This document shows, in pieces, positions 51,831-61,309 of a stretch of DNA of 64,000 nt. The stretch covers positions 4,352,001 through 4,416,000 of the forward strand of contig OY762897.2 in the NCBI GenBank assembly GCA_963666515.2, read 5' to 3'. The notes below the pieces were generated by a model. That model searched no databases. It saw nothing but the letters and a program-made list of their open reading frames with translations, and was not told the DNA's origin. How positions within the stretch are numbered: position 1 is the first letter of the stretch; the number at the start of each line of letters is the position of its first letter. Source of the DNA: Candidatus Binatia bacterium (lineage in GTDB: Bacteria; Desulfobacterota; Binatia; UBA9968; JAJDTQ01). Position numbers and translations under genes: made by a program.

Positions 51831-51962
51831 TGTGGCCTGGTCCGCCCTCCGCACCGTCTCCACGCATCTCTTGAGCGCCGTCGTTTTCTATCGCCGCCCA
51901 GCATGTTATCCTTGAGCGGTCCGTTCGCGGCTTGCCGCTCATCAAGGGAAGCGAGGCGCTCG

Positions 51963-52637
51963 ATGCAAAGATTCCTGGTATCACTCGCCGTTCTGATCCT
52001 GTTCACCACGCTGTCCGTCGTCCCGTCGGGCGCGGCGGACCGGGAGAAACTCGCGCAAAGAGTGACCAAGGCCCAGTTCGCGTTCCGGGACTTCCAGAAG
52101 GATCCCCGGATGACCTGGTTCCACGAGAACGTGCGTTACGCCAAGGGGCTCCTGATCATGCCGACGTGGGTCCGGGGAGGGTTCTTCGTAGGCGGGTACG
52201 GCGGCAACGGCGTGCTGCTGGCGCAGGACAGGGACGGAAGCTGGAGCCATCCGGCGTTCTATGACGTCCTCGCCGGCTCCTTCGGCCTCCAGTTCGGCAT
52301 CGCCGGCGGTCAGGTCATTCTCATGATCATGACGGACACGGGCTTGAGACGGTTCCTGGGCCACAAGTTCCACCTCGGCGCCGACGCGAGCATCGGCGTG
52401 GGCCCGGAGGGCATCGGCGCCAAGGTCGAGCTTTTCGACATCTTCTCGTTCGCCCGCGTCAAGGGGTTGTACGGCGGCCTCACCCTGGAGGGCGGGGGCG
52501 TGATCGTCAACAAGGAGAACAACCAAGCATACTACGGCGACACCAAGGTCACGCCCACGGACATCCTGATCCGGAGAAAGGTCCGCAACAAGCAGGCGGA
52601 CGACCTCATACGGACCCTCACCGAGGCGTCGCGGTAG
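51963..52637 (+). CDS. SYLF/Ysc84-domain lipid-binding protein
   Basis: Signal peptide, GGFFVGGYGGNGVL, WSHPAF, SFGLQFG, KGLYGGLTLEG. Confidence 0.85.
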   Translation: MQRFLVSLAVLILFTTLSVVPSGAADREKLAQRVTKAQFAFRDFQKDPRMTWFHENVRYAKGLLIMPTWVRGGFFVGGYGGNGVLLAQDRDGSWSHPAFYDVLAGSFGLQFGIAGGQVILMIMTDTGLRRFLGHKFHLGADASIGVGPEGIGAKVELFDIFSFARVKGLYGGLTLEGGGVIVNKENNQAYYGDTKVTPTDILIRRKVRNKQADDLIRTLTEASR

Positions 52638-52664
52638 TTTCCCTCGAACACGTGCCGCGACGGG

Positions 52665-53075
52665 CTATCCCGCGGGCGCGAACTTGTAGAGCGTCACCTC
52701 GTCGGTGACGTCCTCGAACACCACCTCCACCGGCTGGTCGCATTCGAGCCTGTCCGGCGACTCGTTCACTACGTTGCTCACCATCCGCGGCCCTTCATCC
52801 AGTTGGATGACCGCGAACACGTAGGGGATCTCCCCTTCGAAGCCCGGGTGGTACACGCGGTGGTAGACGCCGAACGAGTGGATCCTGCCGCGGCCCGAGG
52901 CCTTCTTCCAGTCCCACTCCGTGCTCCAGCAGTGCGGGCAGGTGGAGCCCGGAGGGAACCAGTAGCCGCCGCATTGGCGGCACTGCGGCAACAGCAGCTC
53001 GTGGCGCTTGCAGCCCTCCCAGAAGGGCTCGGACTCCACCGTGGGATACGGCAGGGGCTTGGCGTACTCGCTCAT
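52665..53075 (-). CDS. Zn-ribbon/OB-fold protein (DUF35)
   Basis: PFWEG, CRQC..CPHC, QLDEGPRM; overlaps the thiolase stop. Confidence 0.9.
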   Translation of the reverse strand: MSEYAKPLPYPTVESEPFWEGCKRHELLLPQCRQCGGYWFPPGSTCPHCWSTEWDWKKASGRGRIHSFGVYHRVYHPGFEGEIPYVFAVIQLDEGPRMVSNVVNESPDRLECDQPVEVVFEDVTDEVTLYKFAPAG

Positions 53076-54244
53076 GACGCCTCCCTTGCGAGGACCATGG
53101 CGGACTGGCAGGCGGTGTTGCCGCCGTGGCCACTCACCAAGGCGATCTCGCAGTCCTGCACCTGCCGGTCCGGGCCGTGCTCGCGCCGGACCTGCCGGAC
53201 GCCCTCCACGATCTGGAGCATGCCTTCGGTATGCCCCTCGGAGAGCTGCCCGCCCGAGGTGTTGGTGGGCAGCCGGCCGCCCAGCCGGAGCGCTCCCGAG
53301 GCTGCGAAGGGGCCGCCCTCGCCCTTCTCGCAGAAGCCGTAGTCCTCGAGCTGGAGCAGCACCATCTGTGTGAAGCAGTCGTAGAGCTGGGCCGTGTCCA
53401 CGTCCCCGGGGCCGATGCCGGCCATGCTGTAGGCCGCCTCGCCTGCCTCTTTGGCCCCGGTGGTGAGCATGTTGCTTTCCTCGAACCATCCGCTCAGCCG
53501 ATTGCCGAAGCCGAAGCCCATGACGTAGGCCGGAGGGTTCTTCAGGTCCCTGGCGCGCTCCGCGGAGGTCACCACCACCGCGGCGGCGCCGTCGATGTAG
53601 ATGCTGCAATCGTAGAGGCACAGCGGATCGACGATCATCCGGGCGTTCAGGTACTCTTCGATGGTCAGCGGTTTCTGGAAGAAGGCGTTGGGGTTGCGGC
53701 TCGCGTGCTCCCGGAACGCCACCGCGATGTGGCCAAGCTGCTCCTTGGTGGTGCCGTAGAGCTTCATGTGGCGCCGGGCCGACACCGCGTAGTTGGACGG
53801 AGCGCCGAACCAGCCGAACTCCGGCCCGAACTCGCCCTGGTTCTGGATGCCGATGTTGACCCGTTTCCGCGCCGCCTCGGTGCGGTGCGTCCGCGACCAG
53901 GTGTCCCGCCCGAACCCCACCACCGCCGTGGTGCACAGCCCCGCGTCGATGGCCATGCAGGCCATGGCCACGCCCAGCACTTGGCTGGCGCCGCCGTTGT
54001 CCGTGGACGTGCTGTAGGTGACGTTCAGTCCCAGCGCCGCGCCCACCCGCTGGTGGTGGCAGTAGACGTCGTCCGGCCCCCGCGTGATGAGCCCGTCCAC
54101 GTCCGCCTTGGTCAGCCCGGCGTCCGCGATGGCGTTCCGCGCCGCCACCGCGAACATCCCGATGGGTCCCATCTCCGGCACCTTGCCGAGCCTGCTGTGC
54201 CCCACTCCCGCGATGGCGTACTTGCCCCGAAGGTTGTTGCTCAT
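53072..54244 (-). CDS. Thiolase-family protein (SCP-x/Ltp2-like)
   Basis: AIAGVG, DGAAAVVV, LYDCFT, PTNTSGGQLSEG. Confidence 0.88.
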   Translation of the reverse strand: MSNNLRGKYAIAGVGHSRLGKVPEMGPIGMFAVAARNAIADAGLTKADVDGLITRGPDDVYCHHQRVGAALGLNVTYSTSTDNGGASQVLGVAMACMAIDAGLCTTAVVGFGRDTWSRTHRTEAARKRVNIGIQNQGEFGPEFGWFGAPSNYAVSARRHMKLYGTTKEQLGHIAVAFREHASRNPNAFFQKPLTIEEYLNARMIVDPLCLYDCSIYIDGAAAVVVTSAERARDLKNPPAYVMGFGFGNRLSGWFEESNMLTTGAKEAGEAAYSMAGIGPGDVDTAQLYDCFTQMVLLQLEDYGFCEKGEGGPFAASGALRLGGRLPTNTSGGQLSEGHTEGMLQIVEGVRQVRREHGPDRQVQDCEIALVSGHGGNTACQSAMVLAREAS

Positions 54245-54403
54245 GGAATTCCTCCTGGTGGTCCTCGGACCGGTCCGTCGATCCGAGAGCCACGATACAC
54301 GAAACCGGAGGGTTCGGCGAGGGTCGCGTAGCCATTGCCCAACTGCGAGTGCTATGAAAGAAAATGCGGAAACCAAGCTGAGCAACCCAGCCATCCGTAC
54401 CCC

Positions 54404-57400
54404 ATGAAACTCGAAGACCTCCAGCCCAACACCGCGGTACGCGGCATCCTCACCGACGGCATCGTCACGGTGGTCAGCGTCCAGTGGTTCGGCTCGGCGG
54501 CGCTGGAGCTGACCTACAAGACGCCGACCGGCAAGGTCGCCAACGAGCTGCTCTACCGCGACGACGAGCCGCGGCTCGATGTGGTGGAAGTCGGGCGTCC
54601 TTGGAGCTTTGACGGCGACGGTGCGCTGTTCCGCCTTGTTTCCGAGGCGCAACGCATCCGCTTGGCGCACCTGTTCGATCCCGTGCTGGCGGTCCACACT
54701 TCGGTCGTGGAACCGCTTCCGCACCAGATCACCGCCGTCTACGAGGCGATGCTGTCGCGCCAGCCGCTGCGTTTCCTGCTGGCGGACGACCCGGGGGCCG
54801 GCAAGACCATCATGGCGGGCCTCCTCATCAAGGAGTTGATGGCGCGAGGCGACCTGGAGCGTTGCCTGGTGGTCTGTCCCGGTAGCCTGGCGGAGCAATG
54901 GCAGGACGAGCTGTACCGCCGGTTCCATCTCCCTTTCGATATCCTCACCAACGACAAGCTCGAAGCAGCGCGCACCGGCAACTGGTTCCTGGAGACGCCT
55001 CTCGTCATCGCTCGCCTGGACAAGTTGTCGCGCGACGAAGACGTGCAGGCCAAGCTCAGCGCCCCCGATTGCGGCTGGGACCTCGTGGTATGCGATGAGG
55101 CGCACAAGCTGTCAGCCACCTTCTTCGGGGGCGAGATCAAGTACACGAAACGCTACCGGCTGGGGCAGCTCCTGTCAGGTCTGACACGGCACTTCCTGCT
55201 GATGACGGCGACGCCGCACAACGGCAAGGAAGAAGACTTTCAGCTATTCATGGCTTTGCTCGACGGTGACCGCTTCGAGGGCCGATTCCGGGACGGCGTC
55301 CACGTCACTGACGTCTCCGACCTGATGCGCCGCATGGTCAAGGAGCGTCTTCTGAAGTTCGACGGCAAGCCGCTCTTTCCGCAGCGGATCGCTTACACCG
55401 TCCCTTACAGACTGTCGGATGCAGAGGCCCGTCTTTACACCGACGTCACGGACTACGTGCGCGAGGAGTTCAACCGCGCAGAGGCGCTGGCCAACGCCAA
55501 GCGGGCGGGCACGGTGGGCTTCGCCCTGACGATCCTCCAGCGACGGCTCGCCTCGTCGCCGGAAGCTATCTACCAGTCGTTGCGCCGGCGGCGCGAGCGG
55601 CTGGAGAGCCGCCTGCGCGAGTTGGAGGTGCTGCAGCGAGGCCGACAGGAAACCTTCGTTCCGGCGTTGGACGGGCCACAGTTCGATGCGGAAGACGTCG
55701 AGGATATCGACGATGCGCCGGAGCAGGAGGTCGCCGAGGCGGAGGCCCATATCCTGGATCAGGCGACGGCCGCCCGCTCCATTTCAGAGCTCAAGGCGGA
55801 GATCGACACGTTGAGAGGGCTGGAGTCGCAAGCGTTGAGCGTGCGCCGAAGCGGCGGAGACACGAAGTGGCGGGAGTTGGCGAGCCTGCTCGGAGAAATC
55901 TTCACCCCGGCCGGACTTGCCGACCGGGTCCAGGACGATGCGGCGCCGTACGGTGCGGGTCCGATCCCGCCGCCGGTGCCGTCCCCGCGACAGAAGCTCG
56001 TGCTCTTCACCGAGCATCGCGACACCCTCAGCTACCTCCGGAGCCGCATCACCACCCTGCTGGGGCGTGAGACCTCGGTCGTGGTGATCCACGGCGGCAT
56101 GGGCCGGGAGGACCGCCTCAAGGCGGAAGAAGCGTTCCGGCACGATCCCGAGGTTCAAGTGTTGCTGGCGACGGATGCGGCAGGAGAAGGCATCAACCTG
56201 CAGCGCGCCCACCTGATGGTGAACTACGACCTGCCCTGGAACCCCAATCGCCTGGAGCAGCGATTCGGCCGCATCCACCGGATCGGCCAGACGGAAGTGT
56301 GCCACCTGTGGAACCTGGTGGCGGACGAGACACGGGAGGGCGACGTCTACCGCAAGCTGCTCGACAAGCTGGAGCAGGCGCGAGAGGCGTTGGGTGGGCA
56401 GGTATTCGACGTGCTCGGCAAGTTGGAGTTCGAAGGACGGCCGCTGCGCGAACTCCTGCTCGAAGCCATTCGGTATGGGGAGCAACCGGAGGTTCGGGCG
56501 CGTCTGGACACCGCGGTGGATCAGGCGCTGGATCGTCGCATGCTTCAGGACCTGCTGGAAGAGCGACAGTTGGTCCACGACGGCATGGACGCGGGCCGGC
56601 TCCACCGGATTCGTGAAGAGATGGAGCGGGCCGAAGCGCGCCGCCTTCAGCCGCACTACATCGAGTCGTTCTTCCGGGAGGCGTTCGAGCGCCTGGGCGG
56701 CTCGGTGCGGCAACGCGAGCCTCGCCGTTACCAAGTGACCCACGTCCCGGCGTTGATCCGCAACCGCGACCGGTTGATTGGCGTTCGTGAGCCGGTGCTG
56801 CCTCGCTATGAGCGCATCGCTTTCGAGAAACATCTGGTGGCGCCCCCGGGCCAGCCCCAGGCCGCCTTCGTTTGCCCCGGACATCCGTTGCTGGATGCGG
56901 TCATCGACCTGACCCTGGAGCGCCACCGCGACCTCCTGAAGCGGAGCACGGTGCTGGTGGACGAGGGCGACGGCGGGACCACTCCCCGCATGCTCTTCTT
57001 CGTCGAACATGCCGTGCAGGACGCGAGCCTCACCCGCACCGGCGAGCGGCGGGTCGTGTCGAAGCGGGTGCTGTACGTCGAGCTTGATGCGGACGGAGCG
57101 ACGCGCCACGTACACTATGCGCCGTATCTGGACTACCGGCCGCTGGCGGACGATGAACCGGGGGTCGAGGCCATCCTCGACCGTGAGGAGAGCGCGTGGA
57201 TTCGCAGGGACATGGAACAGACGGCGCTGGCGCATGCCGTCGAGAACGTCGTTCCCGAGCACCTGAAGGAAGTCCGCGACGCCAAGCTGGGCCTGATCGC
57301 CAAGACCGAGGCCGCGGTCAAGGACCGCCTGACCAAGGAGATTACCTACTGGGACCACCGGGCCGAACAGCTCAAGCTCCAGGAGCAAGCCGGCAAGACC

Positions 57401-57982
57401 GGTGCACGGCTCAATTCGGGAGAGGCGCGGAAGCGGGCGGATACTCTCCAGGTGCGGTTGCAGAAACGGCTGGCAGAGTTGAAGCTGGAAGCGCAGATCT
57501 CGCCATTGCCCCCGGTGGTGCTGGGAGGATTGCTGGTCCTTCCCATCGGCTTGATCGAGGCTATGTCTGATGGCGTCCCGGCGGCTGTCAAGTCGTCGAA
57601 GGATACCCAGGCGTCCGCTGCGCGTGCTCGTGCCGTCGTCATGGATGTGGAACGGGGCTTGGGGTTCGAGCCGACGGATCGCGAGTTCGAGAAGCTGGGG
57701 TACGACATCGAGAGCCGGGTGCCGGAGACCGGCAAGCTGCGGTTCATCGAGGTCAAGGGCCGTGTCAGCGGGGCCGCCTCCATCACTGTCACGCTCAACG
57801 AGATCCTCTACTCCTTGAACAAGCCCGACGACTTTATCCTCGCCATCGTCGAGTTCCTGGAGGACGACGGACACCGGGTCCACTATGTGCGACAACCGTT
57901 CCAACGAGAGCCGGACTTCGGCGTCACCAGCGTCAACTATGACTTCGGGGAGTTACTGGCGCGGGCGGAGGAGCCGAAGTAG
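54404..57982 (+). CDS. SNF2-family helicase with C-terminal DUF3883 PD-(D/E)xK nuclease
   Basis: LLADDPGAGKT, DEAH, TATPH, GEGINLQ, QRFGRIHRIGQ; GYDIES...FIEVKG. Confidence 0.92.
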   Translation: MKLEDLQPNTAVRGILTDGIVTVVSVQWFGSAALELTYKTPTGKVANELLYRDDEPRLDVVEVGRPWSFDGDGALFRLVSEAQRIRLAHLFDPVLAVHTSVVEPLPHQITAVYEAMLSRQPLRFLLADDPGAGKTIMAGLLIKELMARGDLERCLVVCPGSLAEQWQDELYRRFHLPFDILTNDKLEAARTGNWFLETPLVIARLDKLSRDEDVQAKLSAPDCGWDLVVCDEAHKLSATFFGGEIKYTKRYRLGQLLSGLTRHFLLMTATPHNGKEEDFQLFMALLDGDRFEGRFRDGVHVTDVSDLMRRMVKERLLKFDGKPLFPQRIAYTVPYRLSDAEARLYTDVTDYVREEFNRAEALANAKRAGTVGFALTILQRRLASSPEAIYQSLRRRRERLESRLRELEVLQRGRQETFVPALDGPQFDAEDVEDIDDAPEQEVAEAEAHILDQATAARSISELKAEIDTLRGLESQALSVRRSGGDTKWRELASLLGEIFTPAGLADRVQDDAAPYGAGPIPPPVPSPRQKLVLFTEHRDTLSYLRSRITTLLGRETSVVVIHGGMGREDRLKAEEAFRHDPEVQVLLATDAAGEGINLQRAHLMVNYDLPWNPNRLEQRFGRIHRIGQTEVCHLWNLVADETREGDVYRKLLDKLEQAREALGGQVFDVLGKLEFEGRPLRELLLEAIRYGEQPEVRARLDTAVDQALDRRMLQDLLEERQLVHDGMDAGRLHRIREEMERAEARRLQPHYIESFFREAFERLGGSVRQREPRRYQVTHVPALIRNRDRLIGVREPVLPRYERIAFEKHLVAPPGQPQAAFVCPGHPLLDAVIDLTLERHRDLLKRSTVLVDEGDGGTTPRMLFFVEHAVQDASLTRTGERRVVSKRVLYVELDADGATRHVHYAPYLDYRPLADDEPGVEAILDREESAWIRRDMEQTALAHAVENVVPEHLKEVRDAKLGLIAKTEAAVKDRLTKEITYWDHRAEQLKLQEQAGKTGARLNSGEARKRADTLQVRLQKRLAELKLEAQISPLPPVVLGGLLVLPIGLIEAMSDGVPAAVKSSKDTQASAARARAVVMDVERGLGFEPTDREFEKLGYDIESRVPETGKLRFIEVKGRVSGAASITVTLNEILYSLNKPDDFILAIVEFLEDDGHRVHYVRQPFQREPDFGVTSVNYDFGELLARAEEPK

Positions 57983-57994
57983 AATGGATGACCG

Positions 57995-59704
57995 ATGGCC
58001 AAAGCCAACATCTTGAACACGCGGACGATCAACTACCTGGAGTTGATCGGCAACGGCAAGTCGTACCGGGTGCCTCCCTACCAGCGCGATTACTCGTGGT
58101 CGGAAGAGGAGTGGGAGGACCTTTGGAATGACATTGTCGAGTTGCAGCCCGACCCGGAGTCCGTCCATTACATGGGCGCCCTGGTGGTCGAGGGAAGCAA
58201 TGACCGCGAGTTCCTGATCATCGACGGCCAGCAGCGGCTTGCCACGCTCAGCCTGTTGGCCCTGGCCGTGATCGCCCGGTTGCAGGAAATGGCCGCGGCC
58301 GGCACGGACCCCGAGGCCAACGCCGCACGGGCTCAGGGCCTTCGCGACCGTTTCGTCGGCGAAAAGGATCCCGCATCGCTTACCGAGAGCAGCCGACTCT
58401 ACCTGAATGCCACGGACGACGCGTTTTATCAGGACTACCTGGTGCAACTACGGCAGCCATTGAACCCGCGCGGACTGCCGAAATCGAACCGACTCCTGTG
58501 GAAGTGTTTTGGATACTTCGCGGAGCGACTCGACGAGATGGAGGCGTTGAAAAACGATGGCCAGGCTCTGGCAAGCCTGTTGTCGGAAACAGTAGCCCGC
58601 CAACTAGCCTTCATCCTGATCACCGTCGACGATGAGCTTAACGCCTACACCGTGTTCGAGACTCTCAACGCACGCGGTCTGGAGCTGACCACGACGGATC
58701 TGCTGAAGAACTACCTCTTCTCCCGGGTCCGCGTGCCCACCGACCTGGATGCTCTCCAGCGTCGCTGGCAGCAGCTCATCGCCACCGTGGGACAGGAGCG
58801 TTTCCCAAGTTTTCTCCGTTACCATTTGCTGTGCGAACAGCCCAGGGTCCGAAGTCAGCGGCTCTTCAAGATGGTGCGCGACCAGACCAAGTCGGCCGCC
58901 GACGTGTTCGCCCTGCTGGACCAGTTGGAGAGCCGCGCAGAGCTCTTCGCCGCGGTCCTGGACCCAGGTCACGGCTACTGGATCGAATTACCCGCTGCGA
59001 GACAGTACATCCATGAGATTAACTTCTTCCGTGTGCAGCAGATGATGCCGCTGTTGTTTGCGGTTTGGGAGCGCTTTTCAAAGGCGAATTTCGTGCGGGT
59101 CTTGAAGCTCGTCAGCGTGATCTCGTTCCGGTACACGGTGGTCAGTGGGCTCAACACCAACCTGCTTGAGCCGGCCTATCACCGGGCCGCCAAGGCGGTG
59201 TTGGACGGCGAAGCGAGAACCCCTGCGGAGGTTTTCACGCTCCTCAAACCCATCTATCTTGACGACGCCAGGATGAAGCAGGACTTTGCTCTGTTGATCG
59301 TTGACACTGCGGGGCGGCGGGGCAAGCTCACCAAGTACATACTGGCCCGGCTTGAAGGCGACGCGTCCGGCCGCCTATGTGACCCCGACACCGATCCCGG
59401 CACCATCGAACATATCCTGCCCAGGAATCCCATAGACGCTTGGGGAGAGTCCTTCCCTCAAGGGTTGTGGGAAGAGTCCATCTACAGACTCGGCAACCTG
59501 ACCCTTCTGGAACCGGGCTCGAACCGCAACATCGGCAACGCTGTCTACGGCGAGAAGCTCGCGGCCTATGGCCGGAGCGGCTATACCTTGACCCGACGCA
59601 TTCCCGAGATCGCCCCAGAGCAGTGGACCCCGGCGTTGCTGGACCAGCGCCAACGGCAACTCGCGGAGCGTGCCGTGCATCTGTGGAGGGCGGATTTTGC
59701 GTGA
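57995..59704 (+). CDS. GmrSD-like modification-dependent restriction protein (DUF262 + DUF1524/HNH)
   Basis: VPPYQRDYSW, IIDGQQR, FETLNARG; EHILP...GNLTLL...N. Confidence 0.9.
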   Translation: MAKANILNTRTINYLELIGNGKSYRVPPYQRDYSWSEEEWEDLWNDIVELQPDPESVHYMGALVVEGSNDREFLIIDGQQRLATLSLLALAVIARLQEMAAAGTDPEANAARAQGLRDRFVGEKDPASLTESSRLYLNATDDAFYQDYLVQLRQPLNPRGLPKSNRLLWKCFGYFAERLDEMEALKNDGQALASLLSETVARQLAFILITVDDELNAYTVFETLNARGLELTTTDLLKNYLFSRVRVPTDLDALQRRWQQLIATVGQERFPSFLRYHLLCEQPRVRSQRLFKMVRDQTKSAADVFALLDQLESRAELFAAVLDPGHGYWIELPAARQYIHEINFFRVQQMMPLLFAVWERFSKANFVRVLKLVSVISFRYTVVSGLNTNLLEPAYHRAAKAVLDGEARTPAEVFTLLKPIYLDDARMKQDFALLIVDTAGRRGKLTKYILARLEGDASGRLCDPDTDPGTIEHILPRNPIDAWGESFPQGLWEESIYRLGNLTLLEPGSNRNIGNAVYGEKLAAYGRSGYTLTRRIPEIAPEQWTPALLDQRQRQLAERAVHLWRADFA

Positions 59705-59723
59705 TGGGCGTGGAATAGGCGTG

Positions 59724-61247
59724 TCAGATAGCCTCTCTTTCAAGTAGTTCCCGCCCGTTGGCCTCCGTTGAGAGCGGGTGTCTCAGAAAGTGGTTGTCAA
59801 GCGCAACACGGATAGCCTTCTCCTTGGCGTTTTTCGCGATTTGCGACACCGCTTGTCCGTCCTTCCAGTCGATGGTCGATTTCGTTCGCCGGTGCTTTTC
59901 ATCCCGGAGCTTTGCCAGAGCATCGCGCGTGAACGTGCCCGTTGTCCAGAGTTCAAACGAGTGCTGCGCCTCTCGAAACTGGTCGTGGTTCCTCAGGTAA
60001 TCACGAAACGTGGGAATACGGGCGAACCAATCCTCAACCTCGTCGAGTGTGACCTCACCACCAGGGCTCTTGGCCTTGCATTCGATGCAAATGCACTTTG
60101 CCTTCGACCGGACTTGCAGAACATCGATGTCGGCGGACTTCCCCGAACTGCGATCTCTCGCCGTGATCGCCATGTCCACGGAACGAGCGTCGAGTCTAGC
60201 GAGATACGCCACAATCAGTTCAAACAGGACACCACGGAGGTTCCCAGCCGCACCTTCTATCTCTGTCAGATCGTCCATCAATTCCGCCAGCTTGGCGGGG
60301 TTCGAAGCTGCGACTGCTGCTGCGTTTTTCAGGACCTGGATGAGAGACTGAAGAGCTCCCCCAACTCGACGGCCGAACAAGTTGGTTAGGGTGGCCATCA
60401 CCAGCCCCACCGTCTTGCCCGTCCGCAGGGCAGCGTTGGAGAACCCTTCCGCGATTAGAATGGGTAGGACGTGGACCGGGACCGAAGCCTTCAGAAGTTC
60501 AGCCTTGCGTATGAAGTAGCGAATATCGAACTCGTCCAGAACAGTGTCGACGAACACATCGGCAACTACAAACCCGGGCCTTCCTTCGCCACGTTTAAGG
60601 GGCAGGAGATAGCTGGGTGCGGTGAGGTCCCACTGAAATTGGCCGACAGTCCGCTTTTTCTTGTCTCCGCGAATCGCTACGGCGTTGTAGCTGACCATGC
60701 CGATCTTGCGCATCCACTCGCGCGCCCCATCCAGGACAATTCCCTCAGCAAGCTGCTTAGCGCGGAAGCCATCTCGGTCAGGTGCTCCAAGCGCCCAGAT
60801 GTCGGTAATGACAGAATCTCCGATGCCCAAGTGGTTGCCTCGCGTGACCATCCCGGCCTTGATCAAGGTGTCGAGCAGACGATCTGCAGCAATCTGGCCC
60901 TTCATTGCCAAGGGAGCGCCGCTGATAGTGGCGAATTCTTCAACGGGTATCACTCCACCACGGGCTACCAAAGCGTCAGTCGCGTGGCCGTATACCGAAT
61001 TCGTTTCCCGAAGTGCGCTTCGAAATGCTGTCCAGAATGATTCGGACGTGCGCTGCTCTTGGAGGTAGAGAAAGCCCTCTCCTTTCGGGAGAAGCTGGAT
61101 GGGAAATTTTCGAATGGGTGGTCTGGTTCTTGAAATTCTCTTGCGAGCAGCTTCGGGCGAGATACTCAACTCTGTTTGCAGCCATTCGGCTACCGCGCCT
61201 GACCGCATCGGGCCTTTGTTCTTGAGGAGACTGGCTATCGGATTCAT
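59724..61247 (-). CDS. Uncharacterised protein with C-terminal PD-(D/E)xK nuclease-like domain
   Basis: GVLFE...ADIDVL...IECK; HTH-like N-terminus; lower GC than flanks. Confidence 0.7.
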   Translation of the reverse strand: MNPIASLLKNKGPMRSGAVAEWLQTELSISPEAARKRISRTRPPIRKFPIQLLPKGEGFLYLQEQRTSESFWTAFRSALRETNSVYGHATDALVARGGVIPVEEFATISGAPLAMKGQIAADRLLDTLIKAGMVTRGNHLGIGDSVITDIWALGAPDRDGFRAKQLAEGIVLDGAREWMRKIGMVSYNAVAIRGDKKKRTVGQFQWDLTAPSYLLPLKRGEGRPGFVVADVFVDTVLDEFDIRYFIRKAELLKASVPVHVLPILIAEGFSNAALRTGKTVGLVMATLTNLFGRRVGGALQSLIQVLKNAAAVAASNPAKLAELMDDLTEIEGAAGNLRGVLFELIVAYLARLDARSVDMAITARDRSSGKSADIDVLQVRSKAKCICIECKAKSPGGEVTLDEVEDWFARIPTFRDYLRNHDQFREAQHSFELWTTGTFTRDALAKLRDEKHRRTKSTIDWKDGQAVSQIAKNAKEKAIRVALDNHFLRHPLSTEANGRELLEREAI

Positions 61248-61309
61248 GATGTCACGCTACTTAATTTATAATAGTACTACCATGTCGCCCCTCCCAGTTC
61301 GACAGGTGA

